Made by a program: the position numbers and the translations under genes. 54,519 bases of DNA from Eubacteriales Family XIII. Incertae Sedis bacterium (GTDB taxonomy: Bacteria > Bacillota > Clostridia > Peptostreptococcales > Anaerovoracaceae). Under the pieces are notes generated by a model that saw only the letters and a list, made by a program, of their open reading frames with translations, was not told the DNA's origin and did not search any database. Location of the stretch: the NCBI GenBank assembly GCA_031266515.1, contig JAISAW010000065.1, forward strand, positions 1 to 54,519, written 5' to 3'. Positions within the stretch are counted from its first letter, which is position 1, and each line of letters opens with the position of its first letter. Of this stretch, positions 9,106-18,061 are shown in pieces.

Positions 9106-10659
9106 GTGTTTATCATAAATAATACATTGATTATTGTACTTGTAACCGCAGGAAGCGTGGCTTTGGGGCTGTTGCTCGGCTACGCGCTCAGAAAGTACAT
9201 AGGCTCACAGACTGTGGGGAACGCCGAGCAAACCTCGAAAAACCTCATTCTCGACGCCGAAAAAAAAGCAGAATCCATCAGGAAAGAAAAAGTCCTCGAA
9301 GCCAAAGAGGAAGCACACAGGATAAAGAAAGACACAGATGAGGAAATCAAGCAGAGGAGGCTTGAGATCTCAAAGGCGGAAAGGCGCCTGATACAGAAGG
9401 AAGAGTCCCTGGACAAAAAGATCGAAAACATCGAACGAAAAGAAGAAAGCATTTCGCAGAAACAGAGAAACATCACCGCTAAGGAAACAGACCTGCTCAG
9501 AAGCATAGACATCCAAAACGAAGAGCTTCAAAAAATATCCGGCTATACGAAGGACGAAGCCAAGCAGATACTATTGAACAACGTGGAGAAGGAAATCAGG
9601 CAGGAAGCCGCAGTCCTCGTCCGTGAGATCGAGGCTGAGGCCAGGGAGCATGGCGACCGAAAGGCAAAGGAAATCATAACCGGCGCGATCCAAAGGTGCG
9701 CCGCCGACCATGTTGCAGAGATCACCGTCTCAGTGGTGCCCCTTCCAAACGACGACATGAAAGGCCGCATCATAGGCCGCGAAGGCAGGAATATACGCGC
9801 CATCGAAAGCCTTACAGGGATAGACCTGATCATCGACGACACACCCGAGGCCGTCGTGCTTTCGGGATTTGACCCCGTGAAGAGGGAGATAGCGAGGATG
9901 AGCCTTGAGAAACTCATAGTGGACGGGCGCATCCATCCTTCCAAGATCGAAGAGATGGTGCACAAAGCCGAAAAGGAAATCGCGGGCACCATAAAGGAAG
10001 CGGGGGAGCAAGCCTCGTTTGACACCGGCGTCCACAACATACACCCGGAACTCATCAAGCTTCTCGGGCGCCTTAAATACAGGACGAGCTACGGGCAGAA
10101 TGTCCTGAAGCATTCCGTGGAAGTGTCGATCCTTGCAGGGCTCATGGCTTCCGAGCTTGACCTTGACCCCAAACTTGCTAAGAGGGCCGGGCTTCTTCAC
10201 GACATCGGCAAAGCGGTGGACCACGAGCGCGAAGGCACTCACGTGAACCTCGGCATAGAGCTGCTGAAAAAGTACAAGGAGTCGCAGGCGGTGATCGATG
10301 CCATGGCTTCCCATCACGGCGACTACGAGGCGAAGAGCCTGGAAGCCGTGCTTGTGGCGGCGGCGGACGCGCTTTCGGCGGCAAGGCCGGGCGCGCGAAT
10401 GGAGACCCTGGAGACATATATCAAGAGGCTGCAGCAGCTTGAAGAGATAGCCAATACGACAAAAGGCGTGGATCACTCATATGCGATCCAGGCCGGCCGT
10501 GAGATAAGGATCATCGCAAGGCCTGAAGAGGTCAGCGATCAGGAGATAGTGTTCCTCGCGCGCGACATCAGCCAGAAGATCGAGAGCGAGATGGAGTATC
10601 CCGGACAGATCAAAGTCAACGTCCTCAGGGAAACCAGGGCAGTGGACTACGCGAAGTAA
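9106..10659 (+). CDS. rny: Ribonuclease Y
   Basis: N-terminal TM segment, K/E-rich coiled coil, KH domain [15 protein letters not shown] and HD domain LLHDIGKA. Confidence 0.96.
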   Translation: MFIINNTLIIVLVTAGSVALGLLLGYALRKYIGSQTVGNAEQTSKNLILDAEKKAESIRKEKVLEAKEEAHRIKKDTDEEIKQRRLEISKAERRLIQKEESLDKKIENIERKEESISQKQRNITAKETDLLRSIDIQNEELQKISGYTKDEAKQILLNNVEKEIRQEAAVLVREIEAEAREHGDRKAKEIITGAIQRCAADHVAEITVSVVPLPNDDMKGRIIGREGRNIRAIESLTGIDLIIDDTPEAVVLSGFDPVKREIARMSLEKLIVDGRIHPSKIEEMVHKAEKEIAGTIKEAGEQASFDTGVHNIHPELIKLLGRLKYRTSYGQNVLKHSVEVSILAGLMASELDLDPKLAKRAGLLHDIGKAVDHEREGTHVNLGIELLKKYKESQAVIDAMASHHGDYEAKSLEAVLVAAADALSAARPGARMETLETYIKRLQQLEEIANTTKGVDHSYAIQAGREIRIIARPEEVSDQEIVFLARDISQKIESEMEYPGQIKVNVLRETRAVDYAK

Positions 10660-10715
10660 GCAATAGAAGCATTAGAGTATTAGATAAGCAATAGAAGCAT
10701 TAGAGTATTAGATAA
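10660..10715. repeat. Perfect 28-bp tandem duplication (2 copies)
   Basis: GCAATAGAAGCATTAGAGTATTAGATAA occurs at 10660-10687 and again at 10688-10715, immediately after the rny stop. Confidence 0.95.
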
Positions 10716-10725
10716 TAGTGGATAG

Positions 10726-12003
10726 ATGAAAATTTACCTGGACAACAGCGCTACGACCAAAGTGTATCCTGAAGTGGCGGAGGCGATGCGGCAGGCTATG
10801 ACCGAGACGTACGCAAACCCTTCGTCGCTTCACAAAGCCGGTCAGGAAGCGGAGCGCCTGATGAAGCTGGCGCGCCAGCAGATTTCGTTTGCGATAAACT
10901 CAAAGCCCGCAAGCATCATTTTCACAAGCGGAGGCAGCGAGTCAAACAACATGGCGCTCAGGTCCGCGTACAATGCGCAGGCGAGGGAAAAGAAAAAAGC
11001 GATAGCCGTCTCATCGGTGGAGCATCCGAGTGTCAGTATCACGGCGGGGCATATCAAAGGCCCGGACAGCAATATCTTCATGATACCTGTCCGCAGGTCA
11101 GGTGAGAACGGCCCGGGCGCGGTGGATGTCACTGCTTTCAGGCAGCTGCTTGACGACCAGCTGGCGCTTGTCGCGGTCATGCACGTGAACAATGAGATAG
11201 GGACGATACAGCCGATAGACGAGATATCGCGGCTTCTGAACAACCATATCAATTACCGTGATATAGATATCCCCCTCCACGTGGATGCGGTGCAGTCTTT
11301 TGGGAAGATCCCCATCGATGTGGCGAGCGGCGACCTCAGGAGAGCCGCCTACATCTCGATGAGCGCACACAAAATTGGGGGGCCGAAAGGTTCCGGTGCC
11401 CTCTTTGCCGCAAACCCGGCCAGGGTGAGGCCTCTTATTTACGGCGGGGGCCAGGAAGGCGGGCTCCGGTCGGGCACGGAAAACATCCCCGGCATAGTGG
11501 GCCTTTCGGTCGCCGCGCGGATAGCCACTTCCGACTACCTCGGCCATGCGAACGCAGTGGAGAGATGCAGGGCCACCCTGCTCGCCGGGATAAAGTCGGA
11601 GATCGGCGATATCCTCATCAACAGTCCCGAAAAGGCGTCAGTCAGAGGCGAGCCGTACCTCTGCTCACCCTACATCCTCAACGTGAGCTTCCTTGGCACA
11701 AAGGGCGAAGTGGTCCTCCACGAACTGGAAAGGAGCGGCATCTATGTGTCGACGGGATCCGCCTGCTCTTCGAATATGAAGCCGGGGAAAGACAAAATGA
11801 CCACGCTCCGCGCGATAGGGCTGAAACCCGAAGCGGAAGAAGGCGCTGTCAGGTTCAGCTTTTCCCCGGAAAACAACGTGAGGCAAATGGAATTTGTGAT
11901 TGACCGCCTGAAAAAGGCGGTGGACAGATTCAGGCGGATCGACCCTGCAGGCAAGCGCAACGCGCAGACAAAACCCGCAGGAGGGCCGGTGCCTGAAAAA
12001 TGA
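10726..12003 (+). CDS. Cysteine desulfurase (class V aminotransferase, NifS/IscS/NifZ-like, paired with thiI)
   Basis: LDNSATT is present, SAHKIGGPKG holds the PLP lysine and STGSACSS is the catalytic Cys loop. thiI is directly downstream. Confidence 0.9.
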   Translation: MKIYLDNSATTKVYPEVAEAMRQAMTETYANPSSLHKAGQEAERLMKLARQQISFAINSKPASIIFTSGGSESNNMALRSAYNAQAREKKKAIAVSSVEHPSVSITAGHIKGPDSNIFMIPVRRSGENGPGAVDVTAFRQLLDDQLALVAVMHVNNEIGTIQPIDEISRLLNNHINYRDIDIPLHVDAVQSFGKIPIDVASGDLRRAAYISMSAHKIGGPKGSGALFAANPARVRPLIYGGGQEGGLRSGTENIPGIVGLSVAARIATSDYLGHANAVERCRATLLAGIKSEIGDILINSPEKASVRGEPYLCSPYILNVSFLGTKGEVVLHELERSGIYVSTGSACSSNMKPGKDKMTTLRAIGLKPEAEEGAVRFSFSPENNVRQMEFVIDRLKKAVDRFRRIDPAGKRNAQTKPAGGPVPEK

Positions 12004-12004
12004 T

Positions 12005-13252
12005 TTGAGCCAAATGGAAACAGCATGCAGCATCTCTGAAGTCATAATAGTCAGGTACGGGGAAGTCTCTTTAAAGGGTATGAACAGACCCTGGTTCGAG
12101 GAGCTTCTTTTGAAGCGCGTACGGGCTGCGTTGAAAAAAATACCCGGCGTCCAAAATGGGACGCAGGCCGTGCGTGAAGACGGCCTGATCGTGGTGAGAG
12201 GATACCCCGATGAAAAGGGGAAAGAGCTCGCCGAAGCCTTTTCGAAGATATTCGGCGTGGCGTCCATAAGCATAGGGAAGGAACTCGCTTCCCGCGAGCT
12301 CGGCGATATCTGCGCCGGGGCTGTGGAATGGATGAAGCGCGTATGCGAGCAGAAAGGCGCTCCCGGCGAGACCCGTGCCCCGGTGACATTCAAGGTATTC
12401 GGCAAGAGGGCTGACAAGACATGGCCCGTTACTTCGCCTGAAATGGCTGCTTCCGTGGGCGCAGCGGTATTGAAAGCCCTCTGCGGCAAGGTGGCGGTGG
12501 ACGTGCACAGCCCCGAAGTCAGCCTGTATGTGCACCTGAGAAGAAGGAATGTGTTTATTTACGACGACCGGCTCAAAGGGTTTGGCGGGCTTCCGATAGG
12601 CACGAACGGAAAGGGCATCACTTTGCTTTCGGGCGGCATAGACAGCCCGGTCGCGACATGGATGATGGCAAAGAGGGGGATGTCCGTGGAGGCCGTGCAT
12701 TTCCATTCCTATCCCTTTACGAGCAAACGCGCCGAAGAAAAAGTCGAAGACCTGACGGCCATCCTCGCCGGGTATTGCGGCCGTATCAGGCTGCACTCGA
12801 TGAATCTGCTGCCCGCGCAGGAGCAGATAGCGGAAAAATGCCCCGAAGCCATGATGACCATACTCATACGGCGCTTCATGATGAGGATAGCGGAGCAGAT
12901 AGCGTTGCGGGAAAAAGCGGGGTTTCTCATAACGGGGGAAAGCCTGGGGCAGGTCGCGAGCCAGACGGCTGCAAGCATCTCAGTCACGGACAAAGTCGTA
13001 GGGCTGCCTGTCATGCGTCCCCTGATTGGCATGGACAAGGTGGATATCATCAAAATCGCGCAGGAGATCGATACTTACGAGACTTCCATCCTGCCGTACG
13101 AAGACTGCTGCACGGTCTTCCTGCCGAGGCGGCCGAATACTTCGCCTGTGCTCGAAAACATAGAGCGCGCTGAAAGCGCGCTCGGTGATCTGTCAATAAT
13201 CGAAAAGGAAGTCCTTTCCTCTGAAGTCGTGACCATCGTCAATCCCGCGTAG
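12005..13252 (+). CDS. thiI: tRNA 4-thiouridine synthase ThiI
   Basis: IIVRYGEVSLKG starts the ferredoxin-like/THUMP N-terminus and LLSGGIDSPVA is the PP-loop. The start is TTG 12005 or ATG 12014. Confidence 0.92.
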   Translation: MSQMETACSISEVIIVRYGEVSLKGMNRPWFEELLLKRVRAALKKIPGVQNGTQAVREDGLIVVRGYPDEKGKELAEAFSKIFGVASISIGKELASRELGDICAGAVEWMKRVCEQKGAPGETRAPVTFKVFGKRADKTWPVTSPEMAASVGAAVLKALCGKVAVDVHSPEVSLYVHLRRRNVFIYDDRLKGFGGLPIGTNGKGITLLSGGIDSPVATWMMAKRGMSVEAVHFHSYPFTSKRAEEKVEDLTAILAGYCGRIRLHSMNLLPAQEQIAEKCPEAMMTILIRRFMMRIAEQIALREKAGFLITGESLGQVASQTAASISVTDKVVGLPVMRPLIGMDKVDIIKIAQEIDTYETSILPYEDCCTVFLPRRPNTSPVLENIERAESALGDLSIIEKEVLSSEVVTIVNPA

Positions 13253-13276
13253 TTCGGGACAGGCAGGCATACGCCA

Positions 13277-13369
13277 GGGCGGGACAGCCGCGTCTTGCTT
13301 GCTGTGACTCCGCTTCGTGCTACTGCGTGCGCACTCACTCCGCACAGGGGGCACGCGGCTGTCCCGCCC
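13277..13369. repeat. Long GC-rich inverted repeat (17-bp perfect stem, 59-nt loop) between convergent genes
   Basis: GGGCGGGACAGCCGCGT (13277-13293) is the exact reverse complement of ACGCGGCTGTCCCGCCC (13353-13369). No U-tract follows. Confidence 0.85.
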
Positions 13370-13402
13370 CCACGCTTTCGAGTCTAATCCGAGAATCCTC
13401 CT

Positions 13403-16400
13403 CTAAACACTCAGGAAAAACCCTGCGCATGTGCGGACAATGGCAGCAAGGGAAGACATCATCGCTGCCGCCGATGTTGTAAGCGTTGTCTGCGCAGGTG
13501 GCGTTTCAGGGTCTGTCGGCGGCGGGGTTACGGGCGGCTCGACGTTGTCAGGAGTGGACGTCGGATCCCTGGGATTGCTTCCCGCCGCTATTTCCGCGCT
13601 GTTCGAGAAGCCATCCCCGTCAAAGTCGTTCGGGGTGCTTGCGGGGTTGTTCGGATTGCTGCCTGCTGTCACCTCTTCGGCATCGGTATAGCCGTCCCCG
13701 TCGCTGTCGGGCTCGGGCGGTTTGTAGTCTTCCACCGTTGTGCCCGGGGCTACAGGGAAGGCTCCCGGGTCGAGGTTGTGCCTGTTGCAGTGGTACTCGG
13801 GCGCTTCGGATCTTGGCATCGTCCTGACCTCATGGTTCGGGCACCACGGCGTTGCGAGCAGCCCGGTGTCGAGGCAGATATCCACTTCCGTATCTCCGAG
13901 CGGCATATCCAGTTTTTCCGGGACGAGGTCTTTGAAGAAATAGTCCGTCGTGCCGCTCACGGACGCCTTTACCACGTTTTCGGGCAGTGCAGGGAAGGCC
14001 CCCTGGTCTTCGCCGCTTACGCACTGGCTCATTATCTTCTGCCAAAGCACTACTGCTGACGTGCTGCTTTGGGTCATAGCCAGCTTTATATCGCTTCCAA
14101 TCCATAGCGCTGCAGCGTATTTCGGGGTGTTGCCCACAAACAGTATGTCAGACTGGTCTTCAGTGGTTCCCGATTTCCCCGCCACGGGGACGCCCGATAT
14201 CCTCGCCGCCGTCAAAGTCCCGTTGGTGACGGCTGTGGTCAGCATGTCATTCATGATGAATGCCGTGCCGGGATCCATGGCCTGGGACTGCTCGGCGATG
14301 CCTTCGAGCACGGTATTGCCCGCTTTGTCCGAGATGCTTGTGTAGGTGATGTAGTCCACATGGACGCCGCCGTTTGCAAATGAGCTGTATGCGGAAGCCA
14401 TGGCAAGTGGCGAAATGCCGTTGGTCAGGCCGCCGAGCGCGAGGGGCGCGGGAGCCATGTCCGTAGTACCTGTGTCGCTCTCTTCAATGAGAGTGGTGAT
14501 GCCGAGTTTCTTCATGAACGCCACAGACTTCGCATTGCCGTCAAGCATCTGAACTTTGACCGCGCAGGTGTTGACCGACTGTTCGAGAGCTGTCCTCATG
14601 GTCATGGCGCCTCTGTACCCGCTGTACCAGTTCTTGGGCCAGTCGTCCTTTCCCGGCACGGACATCTTCTCGTCTATTATGACCGATGTCGGCGACCAGT
14701 ATGTCCCGTATCCCTTCACGTCCGTGTTTGGCACGGGCTCTTTGTTTGCGCTCATCTCAATTGCCGGCCCGTAGACGGAGATGGGCTTGATGGACGAACC
14801 TACCTGGACCGGCGTGGTGGCCCTGTTCAGGCCCATGGAGCCTGTGATGTTGCGGCCGCCCTGCATGGCTTTGACAGCCCCCGTATGGTTGTCGAGGATG
14901 ACAAAGGCACCCTGAGGCTGTATGACAGCCTGCCTGAGGGAGATCTGGGTCGGCGATATGCGCACACTGCCGTCCGCTCCGAGGACGAAGGCCTCAGAGC
15001 CTTCAAACAGATCTTTTTTGATGATGAGGTTGCCGTTCTCGTCCTTTGACTTGTATTCGGTCGGGATGAGGACATTGCCGCCCCGCACTATGTAGGGGCC
15101 GTCGGGGTTGTTGATCCAGAAGTCCTTCAGTTCGACGGATATGTCTTCGCCCGCGCTGCTCGTCGTGTCGTAGAAGGCGAGCCGCCTTCCATTCATGACC
15201 ACCAGGTCGCCCGCTTCGTTCCAAGCTATCTCATCGCCGAAGAGTATGAACCATCCGTCCTCCTGTATCATGTTGTTGTAGTTGAACAGGGATATCTGGC
15301 CGGATTCGGTTATGATGTTGCCGGCGCGGTCTTTCGGTATATTTGTGATGTCCGGGAAATTCGCCGTGTTTGCGAATTCCGCGCTCACTATATCCTGCAT
15401 CCTGGCGTTGTAGGTCGTCTTGATGTCAAGGCCCCCGCTGTATATCATCTGCCTGGCTTCATCGAGGTCTTTCAGCGACGGGTAGGTTTCGAGCAGGTCG
15501 CCCGCTATCTGGTCAATCGCGAAGTTGATGAAGTACCGAGAGTTGCCGTCCATCTGGATTTCCTGCGGGTGCAGGTGGGCGCGGATGTTGTCGGCCAGCG
15601 CCGCATCGTACTCTTCCTGCGTGATGAGGCCCTGGTCCAGCATCTGCGCGAGCACGAGGCGTATGCGGGACTCGGCAGTGTCGTTGTAGAGGTAGACGTA
15701 CTGGCTGCCCACCAGCATGATCCGCGGGTCGTCGCCCGCCACCTCGCCGGCGTTGACAGTGACTATCATCCCGTATTCGCCGGGCGATGCCGGCATGGCT
15801 GCCAAAGCCGCCGATTCGAGCAGGTCAAGGTCCTCAACATTTTTCCCGAAATAGGCCTGCGCCGCAGCGGATACGCCGTAGCTGTGGTTTCCGAGCGAAA
15901 TCGTGTTCAGATATGCCGCCAGGATCTCTTTTTTCGTCAAATGCTTTTCGAGTTCGCGCGCGTAGTAGGCCTCCCTGATCTTCCTGCTGATAGTCCTTTC
16001 CTGCCGTACGGTTTCGGACATCCAGAGGTTTCGGGCGAGCTGCTGCGTGATGGTGCTCGTGCCGCTTATCCCGCCGCCTTTGAATATACTGTCCCTCACG
16101 GCACCGACCATACGGATCACATTGAAGCCGTGGTGCTTCCAGAAAGTCTTGTCCTCGATGGCTATGAAGGAGTTCACGAGGTTTTCGGGAAGCTGCTCAT
16201 ATTTGACAAGCGTCCTTTGGCCGTCTTCCATGTATATGTTTTGCATGGGATTGCCTGCGTCGTCATAGAGGGTGGACATCACCCTGAGGCGCGACTCATA
16301 GTCTTTGGGGTCGTACTTCGGCGTGTTCTTTATGACCACGTACGCATATATCCCTGCCGTCGCTATGCAGATGACGAGCAGGGCGAAAAGGGCTGTGATG

Positions 16401-16756
16401 ACCAGCCTTGCCACACGGTATTTGCGGCGTTTCCTGATCTTTTTCTTTTTGGATGTGGGTATCCCGTTTTTGCTTCTCCTGGCACTCAATCTGTCAGAGG
16501 CTCCTTTCTCGTCTTTGGCGGAAGCTCCCGGCCCTATTTTCGCGTCTTCCTTCAGGTCAGCGAACGAAAAGGCTTCGCTCTTATCACTGCCGTGTGCGCT
16601 CGGCTTGCCGCCACGCCGGATATCGGAGCGCACCTGCGCCTTATCCTGTTTGAATCGTTCCCCGATTTCGTCAAACCTTTTTGAGACGTCGTCGGAAGAA
16701 CCCGGTCTTTTCTTTTTATCAGACAAACCATACCTCCGGGGAGCCCGCCGCTCCAC
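13403..16756 (-). CDS. Class A penicillin-binding protein (PBP1A family transglycosylase/transpeptidase) with long N- and C-terminal extensions
   Basis: GT51 motifs are FIAIEDKTFWKHHGF and GTSTITQQLARN. Transpeptidase motifs are GSSIKP (SxxK), SVN and KSGTT. An alternative TTG start at 16726 follows GGAGG. Confidence 0.93.
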   Translation of the reverse strand: MERRAPRRYGLSDKKKRPGSSDDVSKRFDEIGERFKQDKAQVRSDIRRGGKPSAHGSDKSEAFSFADLKEDAKIGPGASAKDEKGASDRLSARRSKNGIPTSKKKKIRKRRKYRVARLVITALFALLVICIATAGIYAYVVIKNTPKYDPKDYESRLRVMSTLYDDAGNPMQNIYMEDGQRTLVKYEQLPENLVNSFIAIEDKTFWKHHGFNVIRMVGAVRDSIFKGGGISGTSTITQQLARNLWMSETVRQERTISRKIREAYYARELEKHLTKKEILAAYLNTISLGNHSYGVSAAAQAYFGKNVEDLDLLESAALAAMPASPGEYGMIVTVNAGEVAGDDPRIMLVGSQYVYLYNDTAESRIRLVLAQMLDQGLITQEEYDAALADNIRAHLHPQEIQMDGNSRYFINFAIDQIAGDLLETYPSLKDLDEARQMIYSGGLDIKTTYNARMQDIVSAEFANTANFPDITNIPKDRAGNIITESGQISLFNYNNMIQEDGWFILFGDEIAWNEAGDLVVMNGRRLAFYDTTSSAGEDISVELKDFWINNPDGPYIVRGGNVLIPTEYKSKDENGNLIIKKDLFEGSEAFVLGADGSVRISPTQISLRQAVIQPQGAFVILDNHTGAVKAMQGGRNITGSMGLNRATTPVQVGSSIKPISVYGPAIEMSANKEPVPNTDVKGYGTYWSPTSVIIDEKMSVPGKDDWPKNWYSGYRGAMTMRTALEQSVNTCAVKVQMLDGNAKSVAFMKKLGITTLIEESDTGTTDMAPAPLALGGLTNGISPLAMASAYSSFANGGVHVDYITYTSISDKAGNTVLEGIAEQSQAMDPGTAFIMNDMLTTAVTNGTLTAARISGVPVAGKSGTTEDQSDILFVGNTPKYAAALWIGSDIKLAMTQSSTSAVVLWQKIMSQCVSGEDQGAFPALPENVVKASVSGTTDYFFKDLVPEKLDMPLGDTEVDICLDTGLLATPWCPNHEVRTMPRSEAPEYHCNRHNLDPGAFPVAPGTTVEDYKPPEPDSDGDGYTDAEEVTAGSNPNNPASTPNDFDGDGFSNSAEIAAGSNPRDPTSTPDNVEPPVTPPPTDPETPPAQTTLTTSAAAMMSSLAAIVRTCAGFFLSV

Positions 16757-16918
16757 CCTTCATCACACCCGGCCAAGTTCAATTTCAGTTATTGTTTGAC
16801 AAGTCCTTACTGACCCCGCCGCGCCGGTCTGCGCGAACCTTCTTTCCATTATTATAGCAGAAAGGAGGTTTTCATATAAAGGAAGAGGTTGTTACCGCTG
16901 TGAGACAGAGGGGCTTCC

Positions 16919-18061
16919 CTATGCATCTGCAAAAAAGGTAATCAGTGCCAGCTCCTCCTTTATGTTCCCAACCCGTATTTCCTTCTCGACAGAGTATAGC
17001 CGCGTGAGTATCGCAGTGAGCCTGTCCGGAGTAAACCTGTCAGTATAAGGAGCGAGCTTTTTGATGCGAAAGGTGCTTTTTTGTGACAATATATCCGCCA
17101 TTTTTTGAATTGGATATCCAAGGGCCTTCATTTCCTTGCAGGCAAACAGGATTTCGAAATGGCCGATCAGCAGGTTTGTAAGCCTGAAGACGTTCTCTCC
17201 GAGAGTCAGCGCCGACGCGAGCAGAGTCACCGCTTCGGCCTTTTTCCCCGCGCTCAGGGCGTCGAGCATTTTGAATACGTCAGTGCCGATTTCCGGCGGG
17301 ATGCAGGTCTCGATATCTCCCGGGGCGACTTCGTTCCTGCCTTCGGATTTGACGAAAACCGCGGTTTTGACCGCGTCGCCGTCGATCTTGTAGAGATCCG
17401 CTTCGGAGTCCTTTTCGGTATAGCCTGTCCTCTCGATGAACTCGTCCATGAGCCTGATACTGATGCCGACCTGCTCGCGGCGGAACCGTTTTGAGATAAA
17501 GTTCTTCAGATCGATGTCGCCGAGCCTGCCAAAGTCGTATACCGCTGCCCCGGCAGGCATCCCCGCAGTGGAGTTTCCGCTCAGGGCTTTATAGAATGGC
17601 GAGGATCTGTCGATGGCGCGGCAGGAAAGGATAAGCCTCGCGTGCCCGGGCAACCCTTGCCTGATGTAGTCTGCCAGCGTACCCGCCTTTTTTGTCTTTG
17701 GGGCACTCTTGCCGCCAATCTGTTTTGAAGCACCTTTGCCGTCAGCCTTCTTTGTGGCACCTTTGCCCTCTACACGCAGTTTGCCGGCCGTAAGCCCTGG
17801 ATGGTCCCGCACTGCCACGACGCGGTAAGCCGCCATCAGAGGCAGGGTTTCCAGAGCTGCAATGATGGCTTCGTCGTCGGTTTCGCCGCCGTAAAAGAGC
17901 GTGTGGTTCAGTTCGGCGAGGCCGCCTTCCCCGAATATTTCCCCCAGCCTTCTCTCGTAGTGTTCCACCAGGAAAGACTCCTCTCCGCAGAGGAGAGTCA
18001 CGCCTGTGCCCTCTATATTTCCCGATTTGATAGCTCGCTCGATGTCTCTGAATCCGTTCAT
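16919..18061 (-). CDS. holA: DNA polymerase III delta subunit
   Basis: The delta N-terminal fold begins ...TLLCGEESFLVEHY... and the gene sits directly downstream of comEC with a 4-nt overlap. It carries a K/G/A-rich internal insert. Confidence 0.85.
   Translation of the reverse strand: MNGFRDIERAIKSGNIEGTGVTLLCGEESFLVEHYERRLGEIFGEGGLAELNHTLFYGGETDDEAIIAALETLPLMAAYRVVAVRDHPGLTAGKLRVEGKGATKKADGKGASKQIGGKSAPKTKKAGTLADYIRQGLPGHARLILSCRAIDRSSPFYKALSGNSTAGMPAGAAVYDFGRLGDIDLKNFISKRFRREQVGISIRLMDEFIERTGYTEKDSEADLYKIDGDAVKTAVFVKSEGRNEVAPGDIETCIPPEIGTDVFKMLDALSAGKKAEAVTLLASALTLGENVFRLTNLLIGHFEILFACKEMKALGYPIQKMADILSQKSTFRIKKLAPYTDRFTPDRLTAILTRLYSVEKEIRVGNIKEELALITFFADA

Noticed and set aside
10660-10715. 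CRISPR-like repeat
   Set aside because: There are only two directly abutting 28-bp copies with no spacers and no cas genes, so this is a simple tandem duplication.
15569-16684. A 371-aa plus-strand ORF antisense to the class A PBP
   Set aside because: It lies entirely within a CDS that has clear GT51 motifs on the other strand and has no recognisable domain.
16733-16850. Plus-strand riboswitch-like reading of the PBP1A upstream region (GGGGAGCC ... TTTGACA ... GAACCTTCTTTCC)
   Set aside because: It overlaps the minus-strand PBP1A start and ribosome-binding site. On the plus strand it would face only the antisense of holA, so the similarity is most likely coincidental.
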